A stretch of 64,000 nt of DNA from assembly GCF_964355755.1 (NCBI RefSeq), contig NC_092673.1, positions 18,349,648 to 18,413,647 of the forward strand, in the 5' to 3' direction. Numbering within the stretch: the stretch's first letter is position 1; each line of letters begins with the position of its first letter. The notes under the pieces are model-generated. The model ran no database searches. It worked only from the letters and a program-made list of their open reading frames with translations, and was not told the origin of the DNA. The DNA is from Antedon mediterranea (lineage: Eukaryota > Animalia > Echinodermata). Made by a program: the position numbers and the translations under genes. This document shows, one piece after another, positions 38,229-50,500 of this stretch.

Positions 38229-38767
38229 AGATGTATTGTCGCTTGAACACAAAAAAATGAAGGTCAAAATATTCTAAATTTAAATTGGCCATACCAAAGT
38301 AATATTAAAGTTATTCACTTTAAGTTGAAAATTTGAGCCAGAAACAAAAATTTTACGTAATTAACAGCTAAATTAATTTGATTACATTTCGTCTGGAAAA
38401 TCGTCGCGAGCGAAAGTAAACAAAGATTTCAAACCTTGAGTATACATTTGCATGATGCTAATTAGGATTGTTTACAACTTTTCACGGTTGAGAAGATGGT
38501 GTTTTCACACAGATCGCGATGAAGTTTTATGATTATGCATACAGAGGAGCCAAATAAGCGCGTTGCATGAGATATGTTTTGATCGAAAACTTTGACTTCC
38601 AGTCAAAGTTATTTTTTGAACCAAAAAACATCTGTATTTCAGTTAAATGATTTTTTTTTCTACTAATTTTTGGTGAAAGTTAATAACTATTATGATACTT
38701 CAAAATGACCCACTTTTTTCGAAATCTTTTTTTTTTTTTTGGAATTTGACAAAGGGACAATACAACT
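38229..38767. mobile_element. Kolobok-like non-autonomous element
   Basis: TTAA|AGATGTATTGTC...GACAATACAACT|TTAA. Confidence 0.7.
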
Positions 38768-39744
38768 TTAAATTAGTTCACAAAGAAAGACCGAACCACA
38801 ACAACAAACATCTACCCAGCGTTACTCAGCATGGTCTATTCTTTGCTGCGTAATAATCTATGCCTGGTAAATTAAGTAATTTATTTATGATATATATATG
38901 TTACATTTAATTAATATTTATTTTTTCTACTAGAAACAAGTTAAATAGATATATTATTAATCTATCCTTCGTGAAAACAAGTCAACAACAATCTATCTGC
39001 TATGCCAGGGCTAGGTAGTGCCATTGTTAACCCACTCACTATAGTTCATCCTCAATATCACTTTGGTAATAGTAGTGTACAATGATTGACAGAGTATTGA
39101 CATATTTAATTTTATTATCACTCTGTGTAAATATAACCTAAATGGTAATAGTACAGAGAGTTATAAACTGCTGTGTTCTATTTATTATCTTTGTTTAACA
39201 TTAGAATACAATGTTAATATTAAATCTATGGTAAAGATTATCTGATAACAAATTGTATAACAGGAACTCAATAAAACAAAACAAACTAATCATTAATAAC
39301 AATTTCTACCCTGGTTTTCTGTATAAGTGTTATAATGAACTTGTTATCATATAAACTGTCTGACCAGAGCAATATGTAAAAAAATATATTTAGATTATAA
39401 AGATAATAAATGTTTGCTAAAGTCTTATGACTGAACCAGACCAGATCAAATGTGAGATAAACAAATTACCTATTAGAGGTCCCTGTAGCCCAACAGAAGA
39501 TTAACCAAAAATGAAATTTCAAATAAAACCAATTTTGACAAATATAGTCAGGGCCGTACACAGGATTTTATTTGGGTGGATGCTGATTAATATATTTTGG
39601 ACCATTTTCATAATATTGATTGAAGACGATAAGACCCTATAAAATGTGGACCTTTTGCAATTGCGTACGACCCTGATAGTGACCCATGAAACCCAAAAAA
39701 GAGAGCACATCAACCAGATCTAACATGGGATACCACATAAGACT

Positions 39745-42700
39745 AATTCAATTCAATTCAATTCAATTCAAAATTCTTTAATCATCCCACACGGGGCAAT
39801 TCAAATAAAAAGGTCTGGATTAAAATGATCTTACAAAATATACAAAATATCACAATACACAGAACAAAAAAAAAAAAAAAAGTCAAGTCAAGGTTCAAGA
39901 ATTTAAGAGTCGAATAGCCACTGGCAAAAAAGAATTCCTTTTCCGGTTTGTTCTACATGCCAGGCATCGAAAGCGACGCCCATGATTCATGAGCTCGAAA
40001 TCACTGAACAAGGCATGGTTAATATTTTTTAGAATAGCTCTACTTTTTTCTAGAGTTTGCATGTCACAGAAAGAAGATAAGCTACGAAGTTGACAACCTA
40101 TTAATTTAGAACTTAAGTTAACAATTCTTTGTAGTGAGTTTTTCTCTTTGACCCTAAGACTAAAAAACCAGCATATAAAGGAAAAAGTTAAAACGTTCTC
40201 AATAAAGGAATTATAAAAAACCCTAAGAATTACTTTATCGACATTAAAATGGTTCAGCTTCCTTAACAGATAAAGTCTCTGGTGTCCTTTCTTTACTATT
40301 GCCTCTGTGTTTAATTCCCAGCCGAGATTGTCCTCAAATATAGTACCTAGGTATTTAAAGGAATGGACAATATCGACTGGTTCGTCATTTATAATGGATA
40401 CCCGGGGGTTGTGTCCTTTCTCCTTCCTAAAATCTACAATCATCTCCTTGGTTTTGGTCACATTGAGTTCCAAGTAGGAGTTTCCACAAAATTGGATAAA
40501 ATCATCTAAAGCGGAACCATGGCCGTCCTGTGAATTTTGAAGGAGAGACAGCAAGACAGTGTCATCAGCAAATTTAACAAGATGACTATTGTCCTGTTTG
40601 CTGCGACAGTCATCCGTGTATATAATATACAGGAGAGGAGAGAGGACGCAACCCTGGGGGTATCCAATACTTGTCATACGTACATTCGATTGTCTTTGGT
40701 TAACTAAGACCCTCTGACATCTGTTCGTAAGAAAACTTATAATCCATAATACAAAATCACGTTGAAAACCAAAATTCGAAATTAATTTGTTTGCTAAAAT
40801 ATAAGGGTGCATGGTATTGAAGGCAGAAGAGAAGTCGGCGAATAACATTCTGGCGTGAGATCGAGGCAGTTCAAGGTGCTTGTACAATGTGTTTAATAAA
40901 AAAAGCTTGGCATCCTCAACACCTCTTCCAGACCTGTATGCAAACTGCAGTGGATCGAGTTTAGACTCTACAACAGACGTGATGTAGGTTTTAACTATCT
41001 TTTTAAAGATGTTCATAACAAGAGATGTCAGCGCAATAGGGCGCAGATCATTCAGTTGTTTTATGACAGTCTGTTTAGGAATAGGTTTTATAATCGATTC
41101 TTTCCAAAGATTAGGAACTACACACTGGTTTATAGAGGTCTGGAAGAGGTACCGAAGGACACCACTGAGCTGATCCGCACACGACTTCAATGTTCTGCCC
41201 TCAATACCATCGGGACCAGAACTCTTATTTACATTTATATTCCTGAGTAATGTTCTAACATGATCCTCAGAAATAATAATTTCATCTACATGCGGATCAT
41301 TATTGCCAACAGTGTCGTCTTTTAAATTGTGTTTTTCAAACCTAGCAAAGAAGTCGTTTAATCTATCTGGCAATGCCTGGTCATCAATACCCTCTACATT
41401 TATTTTATTTCTTTGTGTTTTATCAGCTGTGTTTATAGACGCCATATGTTTAATTCCTTGCCAAGCACTACGAATACATCCACTACTAAACTTATTTTCA
41501 ATTTTTCTCTTATACATGTCTTTAGCCTTACGGACAGCTACTTTAACTTCTTTATTTATTTGCTTATTATCATGAGTGGTGCCTTGGTAAAAAATCCGTT
41601 TTTTCTTATTTAATATGTCTTTCAACTCTTTCGTAACCCACGGCTTATTATTTGCAAAAACGACAACCTCTTTTTTCGGTATTACTGAATCAACACAATA
41701 ATTTACATATGATGTTATAACATCCGCCATTTCGTTTAGATTTGGTGACGACTCATAAAATACTTGCCAATCAGTGCATTCAAAACACCCTCTTAAACGT
41801 TCGATACTGTCCAAAGTCCACAATTTAACAGTCTTGACTATTTTGTCCTTCCTCTGGATAACTGGGACATATTTTGGAATCAGATTCACACAATTGTGGT
41901 CCGACGCACCAAGCGGTGGTAATGCCACGGACCTATATGCGCTTGGAACTGTACCGTAGCATAAATCTATTGTTTTATCTTTACGAGTAGGGCAGGTTAC
42001 ATATTGGTGGTATATTCTGAGCACTTTACCAAGCTTGTGTTGGTTGAAATCGCCCAATATGAGCCTGGGTGCATCAGGTGACAATGTCTCCAACTTGTGC
42101 GTATTTTCAGACAAGATTTCAGCTGCTCGTGTAGAATTAGCCTTTGGGTGTATATACACAACTGTAACAAATAACTGTGGAAATTCCCGCGGACAATAGA
42201 ATGGTCTCAGTGAAATTGTCAACAATTCAATATCAGGTGTACATTGCTTATCGCGAACAATAGTTATGTTGCACCATCGTTTGTTTACAAATAAGCATAC
42301 ACCACCGCCAATGTCTTTTCCGGATTGTTTTGTCCTATCTCCTCGAATTAGGGTGAATCCATCAATTTTGACACTTTCATTAGGGACATTTTCGCTCAAC
42401 CACGTTTCTGTAAAACATAATAGATTGGCTTCTCTAAAAACCCTATCATATCGAATATTTGTCCAAACCTCATCCATTTTATTTTTTAATGACCGAACGT
42501 TTGCCAAAACAATTGTTGGCAAGGGTAAGCGATATTTATTTTTCCTTATCCTCTGTCTTTCTCCTCCTTTCTTACCCCTCTTCCTTCTTTTATGTCTGCT
42601 ATTATTGTCGTAGTTGTTTCCTTTGCTAATTATATCTAGGCTTAGGCGTGTTACATCTTGTATTGTGTCGCTCTTCGATCTAAGGCTTAGCAGCGCTTCC

Positions 42701-42930
42701 CTGCTGTAGACCAGTCTACCGTGACCGATACCATCGACGCTAACACAAAAAACACAACATCGTATGAACAGTAAAAGTGACAAAACTCCACAAACCACGT
42801 AATTAGATCCACAATACATTCTTACAAGTGTCAATCAACAAGATTACTCCAAAAAAGTTACTAATTTAACAAAAATCGAATTTAGATCACAACAAGAATC
42901 CAGCCTTAGACGTCGCCACTAAGCAGCGCC
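39745..42930 (-). mobile_element. Full-length Rex1/Babar-type LINE
   Basis: Single long ORF, short UTRs, (TTGAA)n tail at 39745-39771. Confidence 0.9.
39895..42834 (-). CDS. LINE ORF: AP endonuclease + reverse transcriptase, 979 aa (true start codon uncertain)
   Basis: YSREALLSLR...RRKRGKKGG leader; NVRSL, FTETWL, GDFN, SDH (APE); DFSSAFNT, PQGCVLSP, FADD, KYLG (RT); no stops. Confidence 0.93.
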   Translation of the reverse strand: MTLVRMYCGSNYVVCGVLSLLLFIRCCVFCVSVDGIGHGRLVYSREALLSLRSKSDTIQDVTRLSLDIISKGNNYDNNSRHKRRKRGKKGGERQRIRKNKYRLPLPTIVLANVRSLKNKMDEVWTNIRYDRVFREANLLCFTETWLSENVPNESVKIDGFTLIRGDRTKQSGKDIGGGVCLFVNKRWCNITIVRDKQCTPDIELLTISLRPFYCPREFPQLFVTVVYIHPKANSTRAAEILSENTHKLETLSPDAPRLILGDFNQHKLGKVLRIYHQYVTCPTRKDKTIDLCYGTVPSAYRSVALPPLGASDHNCVNLIPKYVPVIQRKDKIVKTVKLWTLDSIERLRGCFECTDWQVFYESSPNLNEMADVITSYVNYCVDSVIPKKEVVVFANNKPWVTKELKDILNKKKRIFYQGTTHDNKQINKEVKVAVRKAKDMYKRKIENKFSSGCIRSAWQGIKHMASINTADKTQRNKINVEGIDDQALPDRLNDFFARFEKHNLKDDTVGNNDPHVDEIIISEDHVRTLLRNINVNKSSGPDGIEGRTLKSCADQLSGVLRYLFQTSINQCVVPNLWKESIIKPIPKQTVIKQLNDLRPIALTSLVMNIFKKIVKTYITSVVESKLDPLQFAYRSGRGVEDAKLFLLNTLYKHLELPRSHARMLFADFSSAFNTMHPYILANKLISNFGFQRDFVLWIISFLTNRCQRVLVNQRQSNVRMTSIGYPQGCVLSPLLYIIYTDDCRSKQDNSHLVKFADDTVLLSLLQNSQDGHGSALDDFIQFCGNSYLELNVTKTKEMIVDFRKEKGHNPRVSIINDEPVDIVHSFKYLGTIFEDNLGWELNTEAIVKKGHQRLYLLRKLNHFNVDKVILRVFYNSFIENVLTFSFICWFFSLRVKEKNSLQRIVNLSSKLIGCQLRSLSSFCDMQTLEKSRAILKNINHALFSDFELMNHGRRFRCLACRTNRKRNSFLPVAIRLLNS

Positions 42931-43207
42931 AGGTATTCATTGTGAATACCTGTTTTAACACCCACTTAGCGTATGTGGACTTGTATCAGAATGGATGACA
43001 CAATTGCAGTAAATGCATAACTAAACAATTAGTTAATGATATGACTAGAAACCTACTTAAACAAATTAATTTCAAAAAAATAAAAGTTACAGTTATTTGG
43101 CAAATATAATTTGTTATAAACTAGAAATCTAGTTAGTCAACAGCAAAGTAAAAGATTAGGTCTCTTTAGAATACAGTGTGTGGTATTATGTTTGGACACT
43201 AAGAAAA

Positions 43208-43840
43208 CTAGAAAGACACTCCGAGAGTGCATACCTCCGCCTACTGTGAAATTCTCCTACATAAGATTTCTCCGGTAAAAAAGAAATATATATATTATAT
43301 TTGTGTGTGTCTAAATGCTGTTTGTGATTTAGGCTAATTTCACTACAAGCATGTGTATGCGAGTTTGGTTTAATGGCTATGTAACAAGTCTTTCAATTAA
43401 CAATAGCTTCAGTTGACTAACAATAGAACAGCAACGCGAAAATCAAACGAGTGAATTTGAAAAGAAATAGGTTTTTTAAACTACTCGCATCAAAAAACGT
43501 TGTACAAAAATGAAGTTTTTTGGACAAGTAGTTCTCGAGAAAATGCAATTTTAGTTTATTTGTTACTTTAAGACTGCTCGCCGGCTTTTGGAAAATTCTG
43601 TCCTATCTTTTAACACTAGCAGGTCTGAATAGTATACTAAAAAAGTGTTCCAGAATTGGGACCATGGTCCCAAATGGTCCCAACATTTAATGGAATGGTC
43701 CTTGACCACATATCTATCCGTATATTCATTTTGGTAAAGATCTTGTAATTACTTTTTGAGTAATCCTGCTAACAAACAAACAAACAGACAGACAAACAAA
43801 CCCAGGCGATCGATTACATATACCTCCTTGGCGGAGGTAA
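43208..43840 (+). mobile_element. Helentron-associated (HINE-like) non-autonomous element
   Basis: Subterminal inverted ACCTCCGCC / GGCGGAGGT, (aaac)/(agac)n tract, 3' hairpin tacctccttggcggaggta. Confidence 0.65.
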
Positions 43841-44487
43841 ACAAGTTTTTATGGAAAATCGTTATAGCCTAAATACTTTTGGGGAATTAGAAGGTGATCC
43901 ATGCAAACTACACAAGTTTAGAAGAAAATAAAATGCAAAGGCTTTGCCACTATGGCTATGTCGAAAAACACCCTTATGACATTTTCTTTAAAGAAATTTA
44001 ATTTCTTAATTGTAGAAACAAACCCATTTTGAGTAAGAAATAGAAAAATGTGAAACTAGAGAAATAAAAGAGGATAAATTATGTTTTTTAATAATTTTTC
44101 TGTATAAACATACCCAATGTTTGACAATTTTATAGCTAAAACAATTTTTGTCAGAGATTTTTCTTATGAAAAAAAGTACTGTAATTGTTCAGTAGGAGTT
44201 GATCAGGAATTGTGTTTCATTTCGGAATCCTTTTAGCCATGTTTGTTTTTGTACTTGAGAAAAATGTTATGCAGATTGTCAACAAGCTTAAAACATTGAG
44301 AAAAACAAGGGGCCTGATTATTATTAATGACCGTTGTTTGCCTGTTGCCCCTAGATACAGCCAAACAAATCCTATCAAAATCATTATCGTCAGTTTAATA
44401 TTAACTTTGTATTTAAACAAAAGATAAAGTAAAAATCATCTGATTGTTTGAAACATGTATAAAGGTTATACAAATGTTTGGTTATTG

Positions 44488-45275
44488 CTTTATGATCCAT
44501 TTATTAATAGACTAAAATGCACTGCTTCCTCAGGGCTGTTAGTCAGGGTATTTGTGTGGGGTATTGTACTACCTTACTTTATGATCCATTTATTAATAGA
44601 CTAAAATGCACTGCTTCCTCAGGGCTGTTAGTCAGGGTATTTGTGTGGGGTATTGTACTACCTTACTTTATGATCCATTTATTAATAGACTAAAATGCAC
44701 TGCTTCCCCAGGGCTGTTAGTCAGGGTATTTGTGTGGGGTATTGTACTACCTTACTTTATGATCCATTTATTAATAGACTAAAATGCACTGCTTCCCCAG
44801 GGCTGTTAGTCAGGGTATTTGTGTGGGGTATTGTACTACTTACTTTATGATCCATTTATTAATAGACTAAAATGCACTGCTTCCCCAGGGCTGTTAGTCA
44901 GGGTATTTGTGTGGGGTATTGTACTACCTTACTTTATGATCCATTTATTAATAGACTAAAATGCACTGCTTCCCCAGGGCTGTTAGTCAGGGTATTTGTG
45001 TAGGGTATTGTACTACCTTACTTTATGATCCATTTATTAATAGACTAAAATGCACTGCTTCCCCAGGGCTGTTAGTCAGGGTATTTGTGTGGGGTATTGT
45101 ACTACCTTACTTTATGATCCATTTATTAATAGACTAAAATGCACTTCTTCCCCAGGGCTGTTAGTCAGGGTATTTGTGTGGGGTATTGTACTACCTTACT
45201 TTATGATCCATTTATTAATAGACTAAAATGCACTGTTTCCCCAGGACTGTTAGTCAGGGTATTTGTGTGGGGTAT
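44488..45275. repeat. 89-bp minisatellite, about 9 copies
   Basis: Unit ctttatgatccatttattaatagactaaaatgcactgcttccccagggctgttagtcagggtatttgtgtggggtattgtactacctta. Confidence 0.96.
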
Positions 45276-46426
45276 AATACGGTAGTTTAGTTCTGTAGTC
45301 TATAATGCTTTATATTTCACATGACAGAAGATTGTAAAAATCTGTTGAATCAGTAATTTTGTCTAACCTGCATAACATAATACCACACTCATTTTGGTAG
45401 AAATACACCAGGAGTAGATCCAGGATTTAGAGGGGACGGCTAATAATAGACTGGGGAAAGAAGCCTAGGCCCCATATGGTTATAATCAAAATTTTAAAAT
45501 GTCCTCTTTCGCCATGCTTTTATAAAGTCTCCCACCATTTAATTTTTATGATTTCAGACCTCCACATACTAAAATGGCGGTGCGAAATAACACTTTTGGT
45601 TTTTAATAATAAATGAACAATAAATGATATCATTATTGAATAAAGAATTGTTTATCTCATAATAAATATATTTAATTCAAAATAAAGTTTTGTTCTTATT
45701 ATTGTAATATCCAGTTTTTTTTATCCATAATTGTTATTTTAAAATATTTTGTATAAAGCTGGTAGACTGCTCACAATAAAATACAGACAGTACTTTTTGT
45801 TTCATTATGCAAAATATGATTTTTTTTAAATTAATAATTTATAATTAGGTGATACATTTAATATCTATAGCTTCTCGTGCATTCTCCATACAAAACCAAT
45901 TTCTGATAAATAAAATGAATGTGATGTGAAGTAGGATTGGCTTTCCCATGGATATCTTTTTTCCTTCTTGATATACCTGAGTACCAATAATTAACCAGTA
46001 TATAGGCCAATAAATAATATTATCAATAATATTATCACAACATAAAATGGCATTAGGCCTCTATTAACCAAACACAGCCTCCTAATTAGCCTTAATATAA
46101 ATTGTTTTTTATACCTAAACAATTCCTGGTAATCAAAATACACATTATTATCCTAAAGCACACAATATTATTAACAAATATATCCATGACACTTTATTAA
46201 TTTTATTTAATGAGCAAAGCATCTACTATGAATTAAAAATACTAGATGGTACGCTCGCTTCGCTCGCGCCCACAGATGGTTCTCGAATACACAGTAATTT
46301 CAGCGTAACAAAACTGGCGATTTCAAATGTACGTACCGCATGACTATATACATTGTCGTTTACAGAAACAAATAAATAGACACGATGATTTATGTAGTCA
46401 ACTAAAATTAGCACCCTGAGAATTAC

Positions 46427-46934
46427 TGACGGGAGGTGAAGGGCGCCCCCCGTGGATTTGAGATATTTTGTGCGGATGAGGAGAACGCACGAGAGGAGAG
46501 ATGAATACGACGAATAGAGTTGAATGGACATTTCCGAGTAATGATGTTTATATTACTTGTTAGTTAATAATTTGATGTTTAAGAGGTATAATACGACGTT
46601 GGAAATAGAATTCGAGTGTGAAGATGTTTACTGTAGTTTGAACTTACATGGATTGTAAAGGATTTCATAGATTTAGAGTAGATTACTATACGAAAAGTTT
46701 GTTAATTTGTATTCAATGTTATCAACGGATCAAGATCGTTGAAGCTTGCCATGGTTGAAGTGTTACTGATATTGGAATTGTTTTAGTTCAAGACAAAGAA
46801 TTGTTGATACTGTTTTGTACTACTTATTAAACTGTTGCAAAATTTTATACTTAATCGTATTCACTTTATTCGGATTCTTTACGATCTGAGGGGCTATACA
46901 TATTGATAACTCCCACACCCCCCACATTACGACA
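46427..46934 (+). repeat. 5' LTR
   Basis: TGACGGGAGG...ATTACGACA, repeated at 52509-53016. Confidence 0.97.
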
Positions 46935-46936
46935 AA

Positions 46937-46954
46937 TGGCGACGAGGATGGGAT
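46937..46954 (+). promoter_or_regulatory. Primer binding site complementary to tRNA-Ser(GCT)
   Basis: TGGCGACGAGGATGGGAT is the reverse complement of ATCCCATCCTCGTCGCCA, the recalled 3' end of metazoan tRNA-Ser(GCT). Confidence 0.85.
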
Positions 46955-47571
46955 GTAGCAGTTTGTAAGTACTGTACAATTACCATATTTGTAAACTTCT
47001 AGCATAGGCCTAGATCCCGATTACGATTATTGACATTTCCGAAAGTAAACTAGGAAGCGGTTTAGCGATTCATTTATAAAGGAAGGATTTTACGACGTGG
47101 CGTACGTGTGATATAAACGGATTGTTGTGTTTTACCGTTGCAGTGTTTTTGTTTAATGACAGTTCGGCGATTGTGAAGTGCGCCACCTAGTTATGATTGA
47201 AATTTGGAATAAGAGATCGAGTTACGTGTGGATATACTTTTGTGCAGATATTTTGATTGTGAAGGACGCCACCTATCAAGATTTGGACTAGTAATACTGT
47301 ATTGTTGAAGCTAGAACTATTTTGACTTTTAAGCACTATATTTATGAAACATTTTTATTTGTTGATTGATTGGAATTATTTTGATTGATTGATGGTATAA
47401 GTGTAATATTTATGGTAGAATAAGGGTAAAAACAAAAATTATATACATTACCCGATAGATGTTTTTTTAAGATTTTGGTGCATTAAGGTACATGTTAGAG
47501 ATAAGCTCAGTAGTATATAATATTGTGTAATAAGAATTTATTTGTACTGTAAGAGAGCTCAGTCTGAAATT

Positions 47572-50500
47572 ATGGCAGAAGAACCAGCTGAAGATCAAGC
47601 GTCCATGCAGGGGATGATGCAGGCGTTGACTGATGTCCTACAAGGGTTAAGAGTTCAGCAAGCTCCACCTCCGGTGAAAATAGCCAAGTATAGAGGGTCT
47701 ACAAAAGCAGATGGAGATTTGTCACTAAAAGAATGGTTAGATGACTTTCAGAGTTATGCCAACCACTATAACCTGACAGGAAAAGCAAAAGCGCAGTCAT
47801 TATTGGATCATCTAGCAGGTTCAGCGAAAGAAGAGATTCTTTGCAGAGAAGGAAACGTGAGAGAAGACTATGACCAAATAGTGACAGTGTTAAAGTCTTT
47901 GTTCGGACCAATAGAAACAGTACCTTCTCTAACTCGAGAATTCCACAACCGGAACCAAAAAGATGTTGAGTCGCTAGCAGATTTTAGCCGTGTTCTAATG
48001 AGATTATATACAAAGATGGTAAAGGCAGCTGCAGTAGAAGAAGATAAGGATGCCTTGAAGAGGCTGAGGGATTATACATTGAAGGAAAGATTTGTTCATG
48101 GTGCCAAAGAAGGTTGGGTTAGGAGAGAACTAAGAAGAATAGAAATGCAGTGTAAAGATAAGACATTTTTGGAAATGCGGGAGGAAGTGTTAGAATTTTT
48201 TAAGGATGAAGAGCCAAGGCATCAGGCCAGAGTTTGTGAGGTGTCTATGGAACATTCAGTAGAAGCAAGAAAGGTAGAAGAACCAGCACTAAAAGAAGAA
48301 ATTGCTGCATTAAAAAATGACGTAGCGATGCTAACGAAGAGTGTCCAGAGCTTGATAAATATTCAGAGTGCTGACATGGAACGAGCTAAAGAGTTAAAGT
48401 GTTACAATTGTGGCAAAAAGGGACATGCAAAGACAGACTGTACAGAGGAGACATTGTGTTTTAATTGTAAAGGAAGAGGGCATTACAGTAGAAACTGTCC
48501 GGAAAAACCTAAAGAGAAGGAAGCTAAAGGACCGGGGACAAAGCGGATGTCAACCACACCAATGGAAAATACAGAGTTGGTAGATCGACTGGTCGCAAAA
48601 AGTCCTTGTGGTGATGTGGAAATCGGAGGCATCATGCTGGGTTGCATTTTTGACACGGGTGCAGAAGCATCGATTATACCATCGTCACTGTATCACGATA
48701 AACTAAAAAAGAATCTTGGTGAATTACAGCCCGCATCTGGAATATTCCTAAATGTTATTGGAGTAGGCGGGATTGAAATTCCAATTGAAGGCTACATCGA
48801 GGTACCGATTGAAGTGAATGGTGAGAACTTGATGGGAAGTTTTCTAGTAGTATCAGATCAGTCTTGTACACAGAAGAACACCAGGTATCCACTTCTAATA
48901 GGCTGCAACATTCTTAGACATTTGGTAAATTCGCCAATACAGAGCAGTAAGGATACGGTACCAGCTACGCGGAAGCATGAAGTCATGCTTGACGTAGAGG
49001 AGAATAACCTTTTAGTGGCTCTGTGTGAAGTGATGGAGGAGCAGGAGAGTAGTAATGTTAATAACGAATGTGTAACGCCTACGTTGTCGACAGACAGTGA
49101 CAAATTGTTGGCAACAGGAGTGAAACTGAATGGCCTTTCACAACAAGAGGAGGCAGGACTGCGGAAATTATTACAAAAGCATGAAGACGTTTTCTCGAAG
49201 GGAATCTTCGACGTTGGCAGATGTACTGTGATTCCTCACCAAATCAAAGTTACAGAAGGACCACCAATTCGATTGCCTTATAGACGAATTAATCCATCGG
49301 TAATCCCAGAGGTTAAACGAATGCTCCAAGAGATGCTAGATGCTAAAATAATTCAACCTTCTAAGAGTAGTTTCGCGAGTCCTATAGTGTTGGTCCGTAA
49401 GAAAGACGGATCGCTTCGACTCTGCATTGATTATCGTCGTTTAAATGATCGAGTGATAAAAGATTCGTTCCCTCTTCCGAGGATTGAGGAGACATTAGAG
49501 GCGTTTTCTGGGTCGAAATACTTTTCTACAATTGATTTAGCACATGGTTATTTTCAAGTGATTTTAGAGGAAGGATCCATAGACAAAACAGCGTTTAGAG
49601 TGCCGTGGGGCCTCTACGAGTTTGTACGGATGCCTCAAGGCCTAAGCAATAGCCCGTCCACATTCCAGCGCATTATGGAGTATATTCTTGGAGATATGAA
49701 CCTATCAGAACTGGTACTATATCTTGACGATATACTGATTTTTTCTAGTACGTATGAAGAACATTTGGTTCGCCTGGACAAAGTGTTAACCAGACTCCAG
49801 CAATATGGACTGAAAGTAAAAGGAAAAAAATGTGATTTATTAAGACGAGAAGTCAGTTATTTAGGCCATGTGATATCCGATCAAGGCATCTCTGTCAACC
49901 AAGATAAGATAGAACGAGTGATGTTGTGGCCTACACCGAAAACCTGTTCAGAAGTGCGCTCTTTCTTAGGATTAGCCTCATATTATCGACGTTTTATAAG
50001 CAACTTTGCAACAATGGCAGCACCTTTACACGCGGTAACTGCAGGGATGGCTAACAAACAAACAGGGAAGGCGACTTCTTTCAAGTGGAGTGATGAACAA
50101 GAGGAAGCTTTTTCTAAGTTAAAGAATGCATTGACTACAGCACCAGTATTGAAATATCCGCAGTTTGATAAGGATTTCATTATCGAAGTAGATGCGTCAC
50201 TTCTTGGCTTGGGTGCCTGTCTTTTGCAAGAAGACGAACGGGGAAAGATTCATCCAGTCGCATATGCGAGTAGGGGACTGCGAGGGTCAGAGAGAAATTA
50301 CCCTGATTTGTCGAGCTTTAAGTTGGAGCTACTAGGATTAAAATGGGCGGTTGCCGATAAGTTTGGTCCGTACATTCAGGGCAAGCATACCATTGTATGG
50401 ACAGATAACAACCCATTAGCACATTTGAAGAATGCAAATCTAGGAGCTACCGAAATGAGGTGGATCGCTCAGTTGGCGTTGTATGATCTTGAAGTCAAAT

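Noticed and set aside
41056-42613. Plus-strand ORFs opposite the LINE, and minus-strand ORFs within the Gypsy
   Set aside because: Antisense shadows of real retroelement ORFs.
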